Assembly: GCA_963663225.1 (NCBI GenBank)
Contig: OY760142.1
Location: 1,696,001 to 1,760,000 of the forward strand
Reading direction: 5' to 3'
Length of the DNA: 64,000 nt
From: Nitrospirota bacterium
GTDB taxonomy: Bacteria > Nitrospirota > UBA9217
Shown: in pieces, positions 27,565-39,220 of the stretch
Position numbering within the stretch: the stretch's first letter is position 1
Layout of the letters: each line of letters starts with the position of its first letter
The notes under the pieces: model-generated
Seen by the model: only the letters and a program-made list of their open reading frames with translations
Databases searched by the model: none
Told to the model about the DNA's origin: nothing
Translations under genes and position numbers: made by a program

Positions 27565-28448
27565 GAGGATACGGTTTGTTCTATTTTATTGCGGAAGCAT
27601 TCCGCGGTCTTCGCGCCAACAGCATCGTAAACCTGCTCGCCGTGGGCACGATCAGCATGGCCATGCTGATCGTCAGCTTTTTTCTGCTGGTATTCTTTAA
27701 CGTGCAGACCGCGGTGAATTCCCTGGGCGACCGGATCGAGCTGTCCGTGTACCTGAAGGAAGGCCTGAGCGGACAGGAGAAGGAATTTTTGTTTTCAAAA
27801 CTCAACGCCGAGCCGGGGGTAAGGAAAGTGACGTATCTTTCGAAGGCAGAGGCGTTTTCCCAGTTCAAAAAGGAGCTCAAGGGGCAGGAAGCGCTGCTGC
27901 AGGGGCTGGGCGAGAACCCGCTGCCCGACTCCTATGAACTCAACGTGGACCGCCTGCACTCCGACACGCAGCGGCTTGAGGCCATGGCAAAGAAATTTTC
28001 CGGCTATCCCGGCGTGGAGGACGTCTCGTATGGAAAACAGGGGGCCGAAGTGCTGACAGGCCTGTACAAATTGACGACGTACGGCGGGACTGCACTGGCG
28101 GTACTGCTCGGGGTTGCCGTTGTCTTCATCATTTCAAATTCCGTCCGGCTTGCGCTCTATTCCCGCGGACAGGAAATAGAGCTGATGCAGTGGATCGGCG
28201 CGACGCGCTGGTTCATTCAGGGACCGTTTCTCATCGAAGGTATGCTGCTTGCCATGCTCGGGTCAACCCTTGCCGTCGGCATCCTTGCAGCGGTTTTTTA
28301 CACGCTGCCTCAGGATGTCGTTCTTTTTCTTTCCCGGCCGAACGGCCTTGATTTTCTGCCGCTGCCGGTGATGGCCGCCGTCATTTTCGGCGGCGGTTCC
28401 CTCGGGCTGGCCGGAGGGTTTATCTCGGTGAACAAATTTTTGAAGTAG
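27561..28448 (+). CDS. ftsX: Cell division permease FtsX
   Basis: ENPLPDS, ISNSVRL, EIELMQWIGAT.WFI.GPF.IEG motifs. Confidence 0.93.
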   Translation: MRGYGLFYFIAEAFRGLRANSIVNLLAVGTISMAMLIVSFFLLVFFNVQTAVNSLGDRIELSVYLKEGLSGQEKEFLFSKLNAEPGVRKVTYLSKAEAFSQFKKELKGQEALLQGLGENPLPDSYELNVDRLHSDTQRLEAMAKKFSGYPGVEDVSYGKQGAEVLTGLYKLTTYGGTALAVLLGVAVVFIISNSVRLALYSRGQEIELMQWIGATRWFIQGPFLIEGMLLAMLGSTLAVGILAAVFYTLPQDVVLFLSRPNGLDFLPLPVMAAVIFGGGSLGLAGGFISVNKFLK

Positions 28449-28518
28449 CATCTTGCTCGTTGCTGTCTGAGGTCGTTTTCCCCTGCAAGTCCACGGTGAA
28501 TTCGAATAATACGGAACG

Positions 28519-29703
28519 ATGATGAAAATTCTCCGATCGGCCACGCTTGCCGCAATACTGGTTCTGTGCATGAGCATGGACAACGCGTTCGTGCACGGCA
28601 AGGACGAAGGAGCCGACAAACAGGAACTGCAGCGCATTAACCGTGAACTGCTCCAGAAAAAGAAGGAGATCAGCAGAACCAAACGCAAAGAGCGCTCAAT
28701 CATTTCCGAGCTGGACAAAATAGACCGGGACATCCAGTCCGGGAGCGCGGAACTGGCGGAGCAGCAAAAGCGGCTTCGTGAAACCGAGGCCGCCTTCCGG
28801 GAGAACGACCAAAGCAATGCCGAGACCATCCACAAGCTGGCAGGATTGAAGCACGCCTATGCACAGCGGCTTCGCGCGCTGTATAAGATGCACAAAAGCG
28901 GAAATACCGGCCTGCTTTCGGCGGACAGCCTGGGCGGAGCGCTGAAGCGGTTCCGGTATCTCAGCATGATCGCCGAGCGGGACCGGACGGTCATCAAGGA
29001 GTATGGCGACAACCTTGAGCGTCTTGCAATACGCCAGACAGAAATAACCGGATTGAAGCAGGACCTTCTTGTGCGCAAGCGGTCCATCGAAGTCAAAAAA
29101 GCATCGCTGGAAGCGCAGAAACGAAGAAAAGCCGAAATCCTTACGAATGTACGGAAGGAAAAAGGCCTGTACGAACAAACGGTGCGCGAATTGGAAGAGT
29201 CGTCAGCGAACCTGTGGGCCATGATCAAAAGGTCCGAGCAGGAAAAAAAGGACAAAAAGACGACTGCTTCCGCGCCGACCCCCGGGGAAACCTCCTTGTC
29301 TTCCGACCGGGCGAAGCTGCCCTGGCCCGTGTCCGGGCAGGTGTTGACGCGCTTCGGCATGCAGCGGCATCCACAGTTCGGCACCATGGTGTTTCGCAGA
29401 GGAATCGAAATCTCTGCCCAGGTCGGAGATACCGTCCGTGCGGTCAGTGACGGCACGGCGGCCTATGCCGACTGGTACAAAGGATACGGCAAGCTGGTCA
29501 TTCTGGAGCACGGCAACGGCTTTTATACCCTGTACGGCAATCTGTCAAACCTGGAGACCCGAAAGGGTGACCGGGTTGCCAAGGGGCAGGCGATCGGGCA
29601 GGCAGGCGACACCGGCAGTATGCGCGGGGCAAAACTCTATTTTGAAATACGGCGCAATGGAGAGGCGCAGGACCCCCTGCTCTGGCTGTCTAAGAACAGA
29701 TAA
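28519..29703 (+). CDS. envC: EnvC-like murein hydrolase activator (coiled coil plus degenerate M23 domain)
   Basis: Long coiled coil, LPWPV.G, YG.LVILEHG and LYFEIR; the M23 zinc ligands are absent. Sits next to ftsEX. Confidence 0.88.
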   Translation: MMKILRSATLAAILVLCMSMDNAFVHGKDEGADKQELQRINRELLQKKKEISRTKRKERSIISELDKIDRDIQSGSAELAEQQKRLRETEAAFRENDQSNAETIHKLAGLKHAYAQRLRALYKMHKSGNTGLLSADSLGGALKRFRYLSMIAERDRTVIKEYGDNLERLAIRQTEITGLKQDLLVRKRSIEVKKASLEAQKRRKAEILTNVRKEKGLYEQTVRELEESSANLWAMIKRSEQEKKDKKTTASAPTPGETSLSSDRAKLPWPVSGQVLTRFGMQRHPQFGTMVFRRGIEISAQVGDTVRAVSDGTAAYADWYKGYGKLVILEHGNGFYTLYGNLSNLETRKGDRVAKGQAIGQAGDTGSMRGAKLYFEIRRNGEAQDPLLWLSKNR

Positions 29704-29819
29704 TAATTATTGTAATGCAGGGTGAAAAGTGTAATTATAAGAAACACGGTGCACCCTTTCATTCTGTCTATTCTGATTGCAGGAGAGAGCGTATGCGGAA
29801 CCCTCTGGAGGACGAAGGC

Positions 29820-31178
29820 ATGATACGAATTAACAAAAAAAAGCTGTTTGCTACCGCGCTGGTTATACTGATGGTGGGCGTTCTGATCGGGCAGGGACTG
29901 GTCCAGGCCAAGTCAGACACCTATGAAGATTTAAAGGCGTTTACCCAGGCGCTGGAGTTGGTCAAACGCAACTACGTGGAAAACCCCGAATCAAAAGAGC
30001 TGATTCAGGGGGCCATCCGGGGCATGGTCTCAAACCTCGATCCGCATTCGTCGTACATGACGGCGCGGCAATTCAAAGAAATGAGCATGGATATCAAAGG
30101 AGAGTTCCAGGGAGTGGGCATCCAGATCGGTGTGAAGAATCAGCAGCTTACCATCATTGCCCCGATCGAAGACACTCCGGGTTTCCGCGCAGGGCTGGCA
30201 GCCGGAGATAAAATACTGAAGATTAATGATGAGTGGACGCGGGACCTTTCCATCGAACAGGCAGTGGACAAAATGCGCGGTCCCCGCGGCACACCGGTGC
30301 GGCTTTTGATTCTTCGGGATGGCTGGGATAAACCGAAGGAGTTCAAGATCGTCCGGGATGTAATCAAAGTGTTGAGCGTCAAATCCAAGATGCTCGACGA
30401 CGGGATCGGCTATGTAAAGATCGTACAATTTCAGGGACAGACTCCGGAAGAACTCGAAAAAGCCCTGTCAAGCCTTGAAGCAAAAGGCATAAAAAAGCTG
30501 GTTCTCGACCTGCGCAATGATCCGGGCGGGCTTCTTGACGCCTCCGTGGATGTGAGCGGAAAATTTTTGCCGAAGAACAAACTGGTGGTCTACATCCAGG
30601 GCAGGCAGGTTTCCGAACGGAAAGACTTTCTTACCAGCGGGCCCGGTGTTCCGCGCGAATTTCCGATGGTCGTGCTGGTCAACACCGGCAGCGCGAGCGC
30701 GTCGGAAATTGTGGCGGGAGCGCTGCAGGATTCAAAACGCGCATTGATCCTCGGCACCCAAACCTTCGGCAAAGGCTCTGTTCAGACGGTATTTCCGCTG
30801 GAAGACGGCAGCGGCCTGCGGTTGACGACGGCAAAATATTACACGCCGAACGGCCGGTCCATTCAGAATGTAGGTATTACGCCGGACGTCGAGGTGAAAC
30901 TGCCGACAGTAAAAGATGCTAAGAATAATAACGGCTCCCCAACACATGTAATCATTCGCGAGAAGGACCTTGACCGGCACTTGAAGAATGAATCTTTCAA
31001 GGAAGAAAAGAAAAAGAAGGAACAGCCGGCAACAGAAGAGGAATTCGACATGGAGGTCATGCCGAAGGACGATAAAGACGATATTCAGTTGCAGAAAGCG
31101 ATTGAAATTCTTAAGCCTGCAGTTCAAGCCGGGGATGTATTCAAGAATATTCCGGTTTCTGCTAAAAAGGAAAAATAA
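29820..31178 (+). CDS. ctpA: Carboxy-terminal processing protease (S41, PDZ)
   Basis: LDPHS, DLRNDPGG, SASASEIVAGALQD and TFGKGSVQ motifs. Start trimmed to ATG 29820. Confidence 0.93.
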   Translation: MIRINKKKLFATALVILMVGVLIGQGLVQAKSDTYEDLKAFTQALELVKRNYVENPESKELIQGAIRGMVSNLDPHSSYMTARQFKEMSMDIKGEFQGVGIQIGVKNQQLTIIAPIEDTPGFRAGLAAGDKILKINDEWTRDLSIEQAVDKMRGPRGTPVRLLILRDGWDKPKEFKIVRDVIKVLSVKSKMLDDGIGYVKIVQFQGQTPEELEKALSSLEAKGIKKLVLDLRNDPGGLLDASVDVSGKFLPKNKLVVYIQGRQVSERKDFLTSGPGVPREFPMVVLVNTGSASASEIVAGALQDSKRALILGTQTFGKGSVQTVFPLEDGSGLRLTTAKYYTPNGRSIQNVGITPDVEVKLPTVKDAKNNNGSPTHVIIREKDLDRHLKNESFKEEKKKKEQPATEEEFDMEVMPKDDKDDIQLQKAIEILKPAVQAGDVFKNIPVSAKKEK

Positions 31179-31242
31179 CGGGCAGAAAAACTTTTCGTTC
31201 TTTTGCTTCTGTTTTTGTAGGTTAGTAAAATATAACATATTG

Positions 31243-31278
31243 GAAAAGCAGGGATTTAATCCCTGCTTTTCTTTTTTT
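31243..31278 (+). terminator. Intrinsic terminator after ctpA
   Basis: GAAAAGCAGGGAT-TTA-ATCCCTGCTTTTC followed by a T run. Confidence 0.8.
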
Positions 31279-31388
31279 GATAAAAAATCAGATAATTGAA
31301 GATAATAGCAAAAATCTGCCATGAACTGCTATAAATAGCTAAAAATAGTCCAAAAACGGATTTGCAATTTTTTCGGTCGGGAAATATA

Positions 31389-31415
31389 TTAGCACTCGCC
31401 TCAAATGAGTGCTAA
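31389..31415 (+). promoter_or_regulatory. CIRCE operator (HrcA binding site)
   Basis: Perfect TTAGCACTC-N9-GAGTGCTAA upstream of groES. Confidence 0.97.
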
Positions 31416-31473
31416 TATTGTGCTACAATAACAATACAAAATGAAATAACAATACAAGAAAGGAGTAGGAAAC

Positions 31474-31740
31474 ATGAGCATTAAATTCAAACCATTGAAG
31501 GACAGGGTATTTGTGAGTTATACCGCGGAACTGGAGAAAACCGCCGGCGGGCTTTATATTCCGGACACCGCAAAAGAGAAACCGCAGAGCGGCAAAGTAG
31601 AGGCAGTTGGTGAGGAAGTAAAAACACTCAAGGTTGGTGACAGCATACTTTTTGACCGTTATTCCGGCTCCAAGATAAACCTTGACAATGTTGAATATCT
31701 GATCGTAAAAGAAGAAGATGTGCTTGGTGTTCTGAGCTGA
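31474..31740 (+). CDS. groES: Co-chaperonin GroES
   Basis: KPL.DRV, TAGGLYIPDTAKEKPQ.G.V.AVG motifs. Confidence 0.97.
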   Translation: MSIKFKPLKDRVFVSYTAELEKTAGGLYIPDTAKEKPQSGKVEAVGEEVKTLKVGDSILFDRYSGSKINLDNVEYLIVKEEDVLGVLS

Positions 31741-31793
31741 TGCTCTGACGGCAAATCTGAGAATGCAACAACAACGGTATAATCCGGAAATGA

Positions 31794-33449
<1,656 letters not shown>

Positions 33450-33500
33450 GAGATTCTGAAGCATGAAGATGCATCCGCATATCACGAGGAACTGACTAGA

Positions 33501-33535
33501 AGCCGGCAGGGGAACCCCTTTGCCGGCTTTTTTTT
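33501..33535 (+). terminator. Intrinsic terminator after groEL
   Basis: AGCCGGCA...TGCCGGCT stem followed by a T run. Confidence 0.85.
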
Positions 33536-33587
33536 CAGAAAAATATTGAACTCCGAGCAACTCAAAAAAACGGTGAAGAGGCATGCT

Positions 33588-34319
33588 ATGAAATTGACGG
33601 CAACGGTACTGATGTTCGCGCTTTTTGCGTTTCCTGCCGCCGCGCAGAATGCGTTCGAGAAAGATCTGATCAAAACAGCCGCCGGCGGCCTGGAAATCAC
33701 TTTTATCGGCCATGGTTCATTGCTTCTGAAATTTCAGGACAAGATCATCCATGTAGATCCCTTCGGCACGCTCGCGGACTATTCCAAACTGCCGAAGGCG
33801 GACATGATTCTTATCACGCACGAGCATTATGATCACCTTGATGCAGCGGCGATCGACAAAATCCGGACGAAAGAAACCATGGTGGTTCTGACTGCGGCCG
33901 GTGCAGGAAAGCTTCCCGGCGGCAGTGTCATGAAAAACGGCGACGTACAGACGATACTGGGGATTACCATCGAAGCCGTCCCTGCCTATAATCTGGTGCA
34001 CAAGCGCGATACGGGCCAGCCCTTTCATCCGAAGGGACAGGGCAACGGATACGTGCTGACTTTTGGCGACAAACGCGTTTATATCGCCGGCGATACGGAA
34101 AACACACCCGAAATGAAGGCGCTGAAAAACATCGACATCGCGTTTCTGCCGATGAATCTCCCCTATACCATGACGCCCGAGATGGTCGCGGATGCCGCAC
34201 TGGCATTCAAGCCGAAAATTCTGTATCCGTACCATTACGGCGATACGGATACATCGAAAATCACGGCCTTGTTGAAGAACAACAAGGATATCGAAGTGCG
34301 GATACGCAGGATGAAGTAG
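33588..34319 (+). CDS. Secreted metallo-beta-lactamase-fold hydrolase
   Basis: Signal peptide AAA-Q, then THEHYDH, YIAGDT and PYHY motifs. Confidence 0.9.
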   Translation: MKLTATVLMFALFAFPAAAQNAFEKDLIKTAAGGLEITFIGHGSLLLKFQDKIIHVDPFGTLADYSKLPKADMILITHEHYDHLDAAAIDKIRTKETMVVLTAAGAGKLPGGSVMKNGDVQTILGITIEAVPAYNLVHKRDTGQPFHPKGQGNGYVLTFGDKRVYIAGDTENTPEMKALKNIDIAFLPMNLPYTMTPEMVADAALAFKPKILYPYHYGDTDTSKITALLKNNKDIEVRIRRMK

Positions 34320-34414
34320 AGAAAAACGGTCTGTTGCGCGGAAGCGAAAACCCCTTGCATTTTGAGCAGGGTTGTCATATTCTTACGAAAACCTGCATAC
34401 CTCAGGGGGTTGCC

Positions 34415-35107
34415 TTGAAAAAGATAATCATTGCACATGACCTCCACGCGTTATTGGCGCAGGACAAAACGTTTCTCAACCGCCAGGATATGCGGGTGCT
34501 GAGCGCGGCAGCGACCGATGAAATGCTGGCTACCCACCGGGCGGAGCGGGCAAACCTCCTTATCATGGATCTGGATATGCCCGGCATTCCCGCAGAACAA
34601 GTCTGCGCCCTGATCCGGGATGACGCGGACCTCCAGATAGTTTCGATGATTATGGTCTGCGCAGACACCCCGGAGGCGATCGGGCGGAGCGGACGGTGCA
34701 GAGCGAACGCGGTGCTGCTGCGGCCCGTGCACTCCCTGGTGCTGATGACAAAAGCCCAGCAGCTTCTTGATATTGCCGTGCGGGAGACCCTCCGCGTTCT
34801 TTTGCGCGTTAACATAGAAACCCGCCCCGGCAACGAGCCGTTTTATTGCTGCTCACGAGATGTCAGCGCAACGGGCATGCGGATAGAAACCGAGGAACCT
34901 CTCGCACAAGACGCGCGGTTGTCCTGCATATTCTATCTCCCGAATACAAAAAAAATACAGGTAACGGGCAAAATCGTCAGAGAAATTGACCGGACACCCG
35001 GCGATGACGTGTACCAATATGGGCTCATGTTTATGGACATTGCGCCTGTTGATCAAAAAGAGCTTATCGATTATATAAACAGCACCCTCCAGGGCTCACA
35101 TGGATAA
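34415..35107 (+). CDS. Receiver-like domain plus PilZ domain protein
   Basis: LLIMDLDMP receiver region and the PilZ motifs RETLR (RxxxR) and DVSATG (DxSxxG). The TTG start is uncertain. Confidence 0.8.
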   Translation: MKKIIIAHDLHALLAQDKTFLNRQDMRVLSAAATDEMLATHRAERANLLIMDLDMPGIPAEQVCALIRDDADLQIVSMIMVCADTPEAIGRSGRCRANAVLLRPVHSLVLMTKAQQLLDIAVRETLRVLLRVNIETRPGNEPFYCCSRDVSATGMRIETEEPLAQDARLSCIFYLPNTKKIQVTGKIVREIDRTPGDDVYQYGLMFMDIAPVDQKELIDYINSTLQGSHG

Positions 35108-35170
35108 TTGATCGACGCCGTCGCATACGAAAAGAAAAAAACAGCGGAATAATGATGTGTGTGGAAAAGC

Positions 35171-35203
35171 AAAAGCCTGAGGGAGACTTCCTCAGGCTTT
35201 TTT
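35171..35203. terminator. Bidirectional intrinsic terminator
   Basis: AAAAGCCTGAGG-N7-CCTCAGGCTTTTTT between convergent genes. Confidence 0.85.
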
Positions 35204-35221
35204 GCAGATGCACAATGTGAT

Positions 35222-36409
35222 CTAGAGGCGGGCTGGATTTTTCCGTGATGGTCTTGATGTCGATAGGACAAAAATGAAAACCATCAGACAGAGGACCGCT
35301 CCTGCGCCGATGAAGGAAGCGCCGAAGCCCAGCCAGGCGGCAAGTATTCCGGATACGAGCGGTCCGGTGGTATGTCCTATATCCATGATGGAGCCGAGAA
35401 GTCCCATGGCCGAACCCCGGTTCTCTCCTTTGCTCAGGTCGGCGATATAGGCAGCGGTCGCCGAGGTAACAACGGACTGGCTGAATCCGAACAGGATGCT
35501 GATTCCGATCAGAGGGAAAAACCCCCGGACGAGGGAAAATGCAGCGATGCTCAGTGCTCCGATGATGGTTCCGACGATAATTTGAGACTTCCTGCCGTGC
35601 CGGTCGGAGAATTTGCCCATGATCGGCTTGGTGAGCGCAAGAACGATCACCTGCGATGACAGGAATATTCCCACTTCATAGGCAGTGAGGCCGGTTTTGA
35701 TCGCATAGAGAGGCAGAAAGGTTTCAAAGGTGCCGTAGGCAAAAAGAATTGCCGCCTCAACGGCCGCAGTAACAAGAATGGTGCGGTTCGAGATGACTGA
35801 TTGAAAGGCCGAGAACGTGTCGCGCCAGGAGCGGACGCTTTTTTGCTCCTCCCTGTCCGCCGGGATTCTGAGTGCAAGAAAAAAAACGACGGCCCCTGTC
35901 GCTCCGCACACAAGATATACGGTGTAATAACTTGTTCCCGGGTTCATGATCAACGCGCCGATGATGCTTCCTCCCGCAACCGGGGCAATAAATCTGCCGA
36001 GAAGCGTGGATGTCGAAAACCAGCCGATCTTTTCACCCCGGTTTTTCTGAAAGAGATCCGACACCAATGCCATCGAGACGGGAACAAATACGGCGGTTGC
36101 CAGGCCGTGGTATAAACGGACGGCGGCGAGCTGCCAGATCGTGGAGACCAGCAGGTACAGCAGGGGCGCAGTTGCGAAGATGACTGACGACAGCAGCAGC
36201 ATCCGCTTTCTTCCCCATCGGTCAGAAAGCATTCCGGCGGGGACGCTTGCCACGATGCCGGCAAAGGAAGACACGGCTGCAACCATGCCCACTCCCGATG
36301 GGTCGGCTCCCAGATACGAGGTGAAAAGCGGCAGCACCGGGCTTTTTGAAAGCGTGGTGCTGAAAATGGCAAAAAACCCCGTCGTGCAGAGAATCAGAAA
36401 AGGGTTCAC
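35222..36409 (-). CDS. MFS transporter
   Basis: Motif A occurs twice (GMLSDRWGRKR, GKFSDRHGRK), with about 12 hydrophobic segments. Confidence 0.92.
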   Translation of the reverse strand: MNPFLILCTTGFFAIFSTTLSKSPVLPLFTSYLGADPSGVGMVAAVSSFAGIVASVPAGMLSDRWGRKRMLLLSSVIFATAPLLYLLVSTIWQLAAVRLYHGLATAVFVPVSMALVSDLFQKNRGEKIGWFSTSTLLGRFIAPVAGGSIIGALIMNPGTSYYTVYLVCGATGAVVFFLALRIPADREEQKSVRSWRDTFSAFQSVISNRTILVTAAVEAAILFAYGTFETFLPLYAIKTGLTAYEVGIFLSSQVIVLALTKPIMGKFSDRHGRKSQIIVGTIIGALSIAAFSLVRGFFPLIGISILFGFSQSVVTSATAAYIADLSKGENRGSAMGLLGSIMDIGHTTGPLVSGILAAWLGFGASFIGAGAVLCLMVFIFVLSTSRPSRKNPARL

Positions 36410-36734
36410 GTTCAGATGCGTTCCTTTCGATTGTTAAGGCGGTGGCGGCGTGCGTTTGCGCTCCCGCAGGTTCGTCATGAAAATGTGCTGGGAAAGAAAC
36501 GCTTCGAAGCGGCGCAGCAGGGAAACCCGCACCTTGTTGTAAAGTTCTGCAATATTATAGCAGAATATCCGGCGAGTACGGGCAATAATTCGTGGGAGCT
36601 CTTCAACAGGAGCGAGGTATCTTGTGCCGCAGCGATTGAAAGGATTGCACTATTCTTGCCGGCGCCGAAAAAATTGATCGGCAGATACAATCTTTTTCAA
36701 CGATGTCCGGCAACCGTGGTAAAATAATCACCTT

Positions 36735-39140
36735 ATGAGTGCAGGTTTAAAGCGCATTACCGTGGCGATCCGCGATTTTGCAATGCCGGTCCCCCGGACC
36801 GGGAGCATCGAGGTCAATTCGGGGTTTGGACGGGCGGCAGCCGAAGGTCAGGAAATCCATGCCCGGGAGCAGCGGAAGCGCGCCCGGTCCGGGCAATCCT
36901 ATGAAGCGGAAGTTTCGATCAGCCGATCCTTCCAGCGGGAAGGCTATCAATTCCGCATCGACGGACGCATGGATGGAATATTCAGGTGCAACCCGCCGAA
37001 GATAGAGGAGATCAAGACCAGCTTCAATATCCGGGAACTCGCGCGCCGGATCACCGGCAACTTCTCGGACCATCCGTATTGCCTTCAACTTGCCACCTAC
37101 GGCTACTTCTTCTGGCTTGAGCACAACATCGTTCCTCTGCTGACGTTTCATCTTGTTTCGACCCGCAGCAAAGAATCGTTGGATGTAGAGCAGGCGCTCG
37201 ACATCCCGGCGTACGAACAATGGCTGGATTTGCGCCTCGCTGAGCTTGTTGACGAAGCGCGAAAAGCTGAAAAGAAAGCGCTCCGCCGCAGGAAGCTTTC
37301 CGCGGACCTTTTCTTCCCGTACGAAAAGCCCCGCTCAGGACAGATCGGCCTTATGCAGACCGTCGAAGAAGGCCTGCGGGAGCAAAGACCGATGCTTATC
37401 CAGGCCCCCACGGGGATCGGGAAAACTGCTGGAGTCCTGTATCCCGTCCTGCGGGAAGCGCTCAGCCGCGGTCAGCGGGTGGTGTACATTACGCCGAAAA
37501 ACAGCCAGCACCTGGTTGCCGAGGATGCCGTAGAGCGCTTTCAAGAAGCCGGCTCGAAGATCAAGTCACTCACCATCACCGCAAAAAGCAAGATATGCTT
37601 CCAAAACGAACCGCTCTGCGACCCCGCATTTTGCGAATACGCTCATGACTACTACACCAAGGTGGCGGCGCATGGGCTGCTGGACATGCTTGCAAAAAAA
37701 AGAAAATTGAAAGCAAAGACCTTCCGCGATTTGGGCAAGGAATATGAAGTGTGTCCCTTTGAACTTCAGATTGACGGCTCCGAGGAGGCCGACGTTGTGA
37801 TCTGCGATTACAACTACGTTTTCGGGCCGCGCTCCGCGCTCAGACGTCTGTCCGGAATCGGCATTGACCAGACCGGAAAACCGAATCTGGTGATTGACGA
37901 GGCACACAATCTGCCTGCACGCGCCATGGACTACTATTCGCCGTCACTTTCCAGTCTCGCTCTTGAACAAATGCGGAGTGAAATGAAAAACGTCCCGTCC
38001 CGGTTCAAGGCCGACGCCGAGGAACTTCTTGATGCCTGCATACAGGTGGTCGCTTCGTGCTGCCAGGGGGCCGGTATGCAGCCGCGGAAAATCACTCCAC
38101 CCATTGACGCATTCCTTGAACAGGACGTGAAGCTCAGAGCATTTCTGTCTCGCTATCTTGACTCCGGGACCGAAATTCAGCCCCGCGATGTGATCATGAG
38201 GCTCTGTTTTTACTGGTCCGCGTTTTCAGAGGCCCTGGAATATGTTCAGGACCCCGATGCGGAGGAATTTTTTGTGACTGTTCATCCCCATGCGGCAAGC
38301 GGCGGCATGGTGAAAATAACCTGTTGTGATCCTTCTGACTTGATTCAGGATTGCTATGACGAGTATGAGCAGGTGGTGGGGTTTTCTGCAACGCTAAAAC
38401 CCTTTGACTATTATGCCCGGTTGTCCGGATTGGATCCGGAAAACGTGAAAACAAGGGAATTTAACAGCCCTTTCCCCCGCGAACATCGCAAGCTTCTGAT
38501 CATCCCGCAGATATCGACCAAATACGCGGACCGGGAGCAGAACTACTCCAAAATAGCGGATACCGTTAAACGGATAGCCTCGCTGCGGCGGGGAAATTAT
38601 TTTGTCTTCTTCCCGAGCTTCGAGTTTCTTGAACGGGTGTATTCCGTGTTTCAGGCACCGGAAGGATGCTCTGTTCTGAAACAGGAACGGGAAATGAAAA
38701 TGCCGCGGGTCGAAGAGATTCTGCAGCACCTCCGGGAGGGAGAAGCGCCTTCAATTCTTTTTGGAGTCCAGGGAGGGATTTTTTCGGAAGGGGTGGACTA
38801 TCCGGGGGAAATGGCCATTGGAGTGTTTGTGGTCGGGCCTCCGCTGCCGACCTTCGACCTCGAGCGGGAAGAAATGAGAAAATATTACGAGAAGCGTTTC
38901 TCCGCGGGTTTTGACTACGCCTATGCCATCCCCGCGATGGCCAGGGCGATCCAGGCCGCAGGAAGGGTGATCCGTTCCGAAACAGAGCACGGGCTCATTG
39001 TTCTCATGGACAGCCGCTTTGTTCAGCCTGTTTACTCCCGCTCCATGCCGGCTGACTGGTTCGAATCTGATGTCAACGAACTTGTTTCCGGCAGCATCCT
39101 GAAGGAAATTTCCTGCTTTTGGGCCGGAGCAGCTTCCTGA
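36735..39140 (+). CDS. XPD/DinG-family Fe-S DNA helicase with an N-terminal PD-(D/E)XK nuclease-like domain
   Basis: QAPTGIGKT, four-Cys cluster region, CDYNYVF, DEAHNL, SATL and QAAGRVIRSE. The N-terminus has H...E...GRMDG...EEIKT...QL..YG. Confidence 0.9.
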   Translation: MSAGLKRITVAIRDFAMPVPRTGSIEVNSGFGRAAAEGQEIHAREQRKRARSGQSYEAEVSISRSFQREGYQFRIDGRMDGIFRCNPPKIEEIKTSFNIRELARRITGNFSDHPYCLQLATYGYFFWLEHNIVPLLTFHLVSTRSKESLDVEQALDIPAYEQWLDLRLAELVDEARKAEKKALRRRKLSADLFFPYEKPRSGQIGLMQTVEEGLREQRPMLIQAPTGIGKTAGVLYPVLREALSRGQRVVYITPKNSQHLVAEDAVERFQEAGSKIKSLTITAKSKICFQNEPLCDPAFCEYAHDYYTKVAAHGLLDMLAKKRKLKAKTFRDLGKEYEVCPFELQIDGSEEADVVICDYNYVFGPRSALRRLSGIGIDQTGKPNLVIDEAHNLPARAMDYYSPSLSSLALEQMRSEMKNVPSRFKADAEELLDACIQVVASCCQGAGMQPRKITPPIDAFLEQDVKLRAFLSRYLDSGTEIQPRDVIMRLCFYWSAFSEALEYVQDPDAEEFFVTVHPHAASGGMVKITCCDPSDLIQDCYDEYEQVVGFSATLKPFDYYARLSGLDPENVKTREFNSPFPREHRKLLIIPQISTKYADREQNYSKIADTVKRIASLRRGNYFVFFPSFEFLERVYSVFQAPEGCSVLKQEREMKMPRVEEILQHLREGEAPSILFGVQGGIFSEGVDYPGEMAIGVFVVGPPLPTFDLEREEMRKYYEKRFSAGFDYAYAIPAMARAIQAAGRVIRSETEHGLIVLMDSRFVQPVYSRSMPADWFESDVNELVSGSILKEISCFWAGAAS

Positions 39141-39168
39141 GTTTTTTATCTTTCAGGACCGCATTCTC

Positions 39169-39196
39169 TTGACAAACAACAAGCTGTGTATATAAT
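39169..39196 (+). promoter_or_regulatory. sigma70-type promoter
   Basis: TTGACA (39169-39174), 16-nt spacer, TATAAT (39191-39196). Confidence 0.75.
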
Positions 39197-39220
39197 CAGG
39201 ACTTTTTAAACCTTCTGACG

